A DNA stretch of 61,131 bases, the filler included, from Sphacelaria rigidula (taxonomy: Eukaryota): assembly GCA_964200075.2 (NCBI GenBank). It is 4 parts of 4 records of this genome, joined end to end, with 100 filler letters (N's around TTAATTAATTAA, not from the genome) between each part and the next. Parts side by side here need not be neighbours in the genome. Positions count along the whole stretch, not along the records: positions 45,926 to 61,131 come from CAXNAA020001863.1; 3 more parts are not named here. One strand, given 5' to 3'. Below the pieces are notes generated by a model that saw only the letters and a program-made list of their open reading frames with translations, made no database searches and was not told the origin of the DNA. The translations under genes and the position numbers were made by a program. Of the stretch, positions 60,651 to 61,131 are shown piece after piece; position 1 is the first letter of the stretch, and every line of letters begins with the position of its first letter.

Positions 60651-61131
60651 GTGATTCCTTTTTTTTTGAAGTGGTTCCCCCTCCTCCCTGCGGTCATGAT
60701 GTACATATTATTACGACTCAAACATATCGTTTTTTTTCTGTCGATCGACGCCGAGATATACAGAGCCGTGAAAACTGATGGCGAAGTTAACCTTCCTATC
60801 GTAGTGGTCAGAAACATCCGCGAGTGTCTGACATGAGATCCCTGCCCTATTGTCAGGTTGGGGAGATAGGTATATCAGATGGGTCAGAATAATGCATATA
60901 TCACGTTCGTATACGTTCGACTTTGACTTCCGATACATTTGCAGCACGTCATAAATAGTCAGGGACGAATCGCACAGGGTATACTGCAGCACCTCTTGTT
61001 GGCTCCGCCAGATTGACATGACTTGTATTCGAATAGGTGAGACATCCTACGATAGGGGGGGCGGGGTATTTGGTTGCACGAAAAACGAGGCTCATAAGTG
61101 TGTCAGACAGCGTCCCACACTTGCGTAGCGC

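Overview
Eukaryotic nuclear DNA, most likely a brown alga (Phaeophyceae; inferred from intron-rich genes with kb-size introns and the repeat families). It is not one locus. It consists of four unrelated, size-sorted contigs (1-15209, 15310-30517, 30618-45825, 45926-61131) joined by an artificial N44-TTAATTAATTAA-N44 linker. Contig 1: a decayed and unusually long Ty3/Gypsy chromodomain LTR retrotransposon on the minus strand. Contig 2: 12 in-frame internal exons of one large conserved protein gene, with TE-filled introns. Contig 3: two tandem, near loop-less 330-390 bp fold-backs, the 3' exons of a DedA-family gene, MITEs and a decayed RTE LINE. Contig 4: a spliced, decayed Sola-like DDD transposase lying head-to-head with a decayed multi-exon gene. 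That gene's 3' exons follow the layout of a beta-class DNA amino-methyltransferase, it may have a ParB/HTH-like N-terminus, and several of its introns derive from one TIR-bearing repeat (introner-like). An unidentified protein-coding repeat occurs four times across contigs 2 and 3. All calls are by eye; no searches were run.
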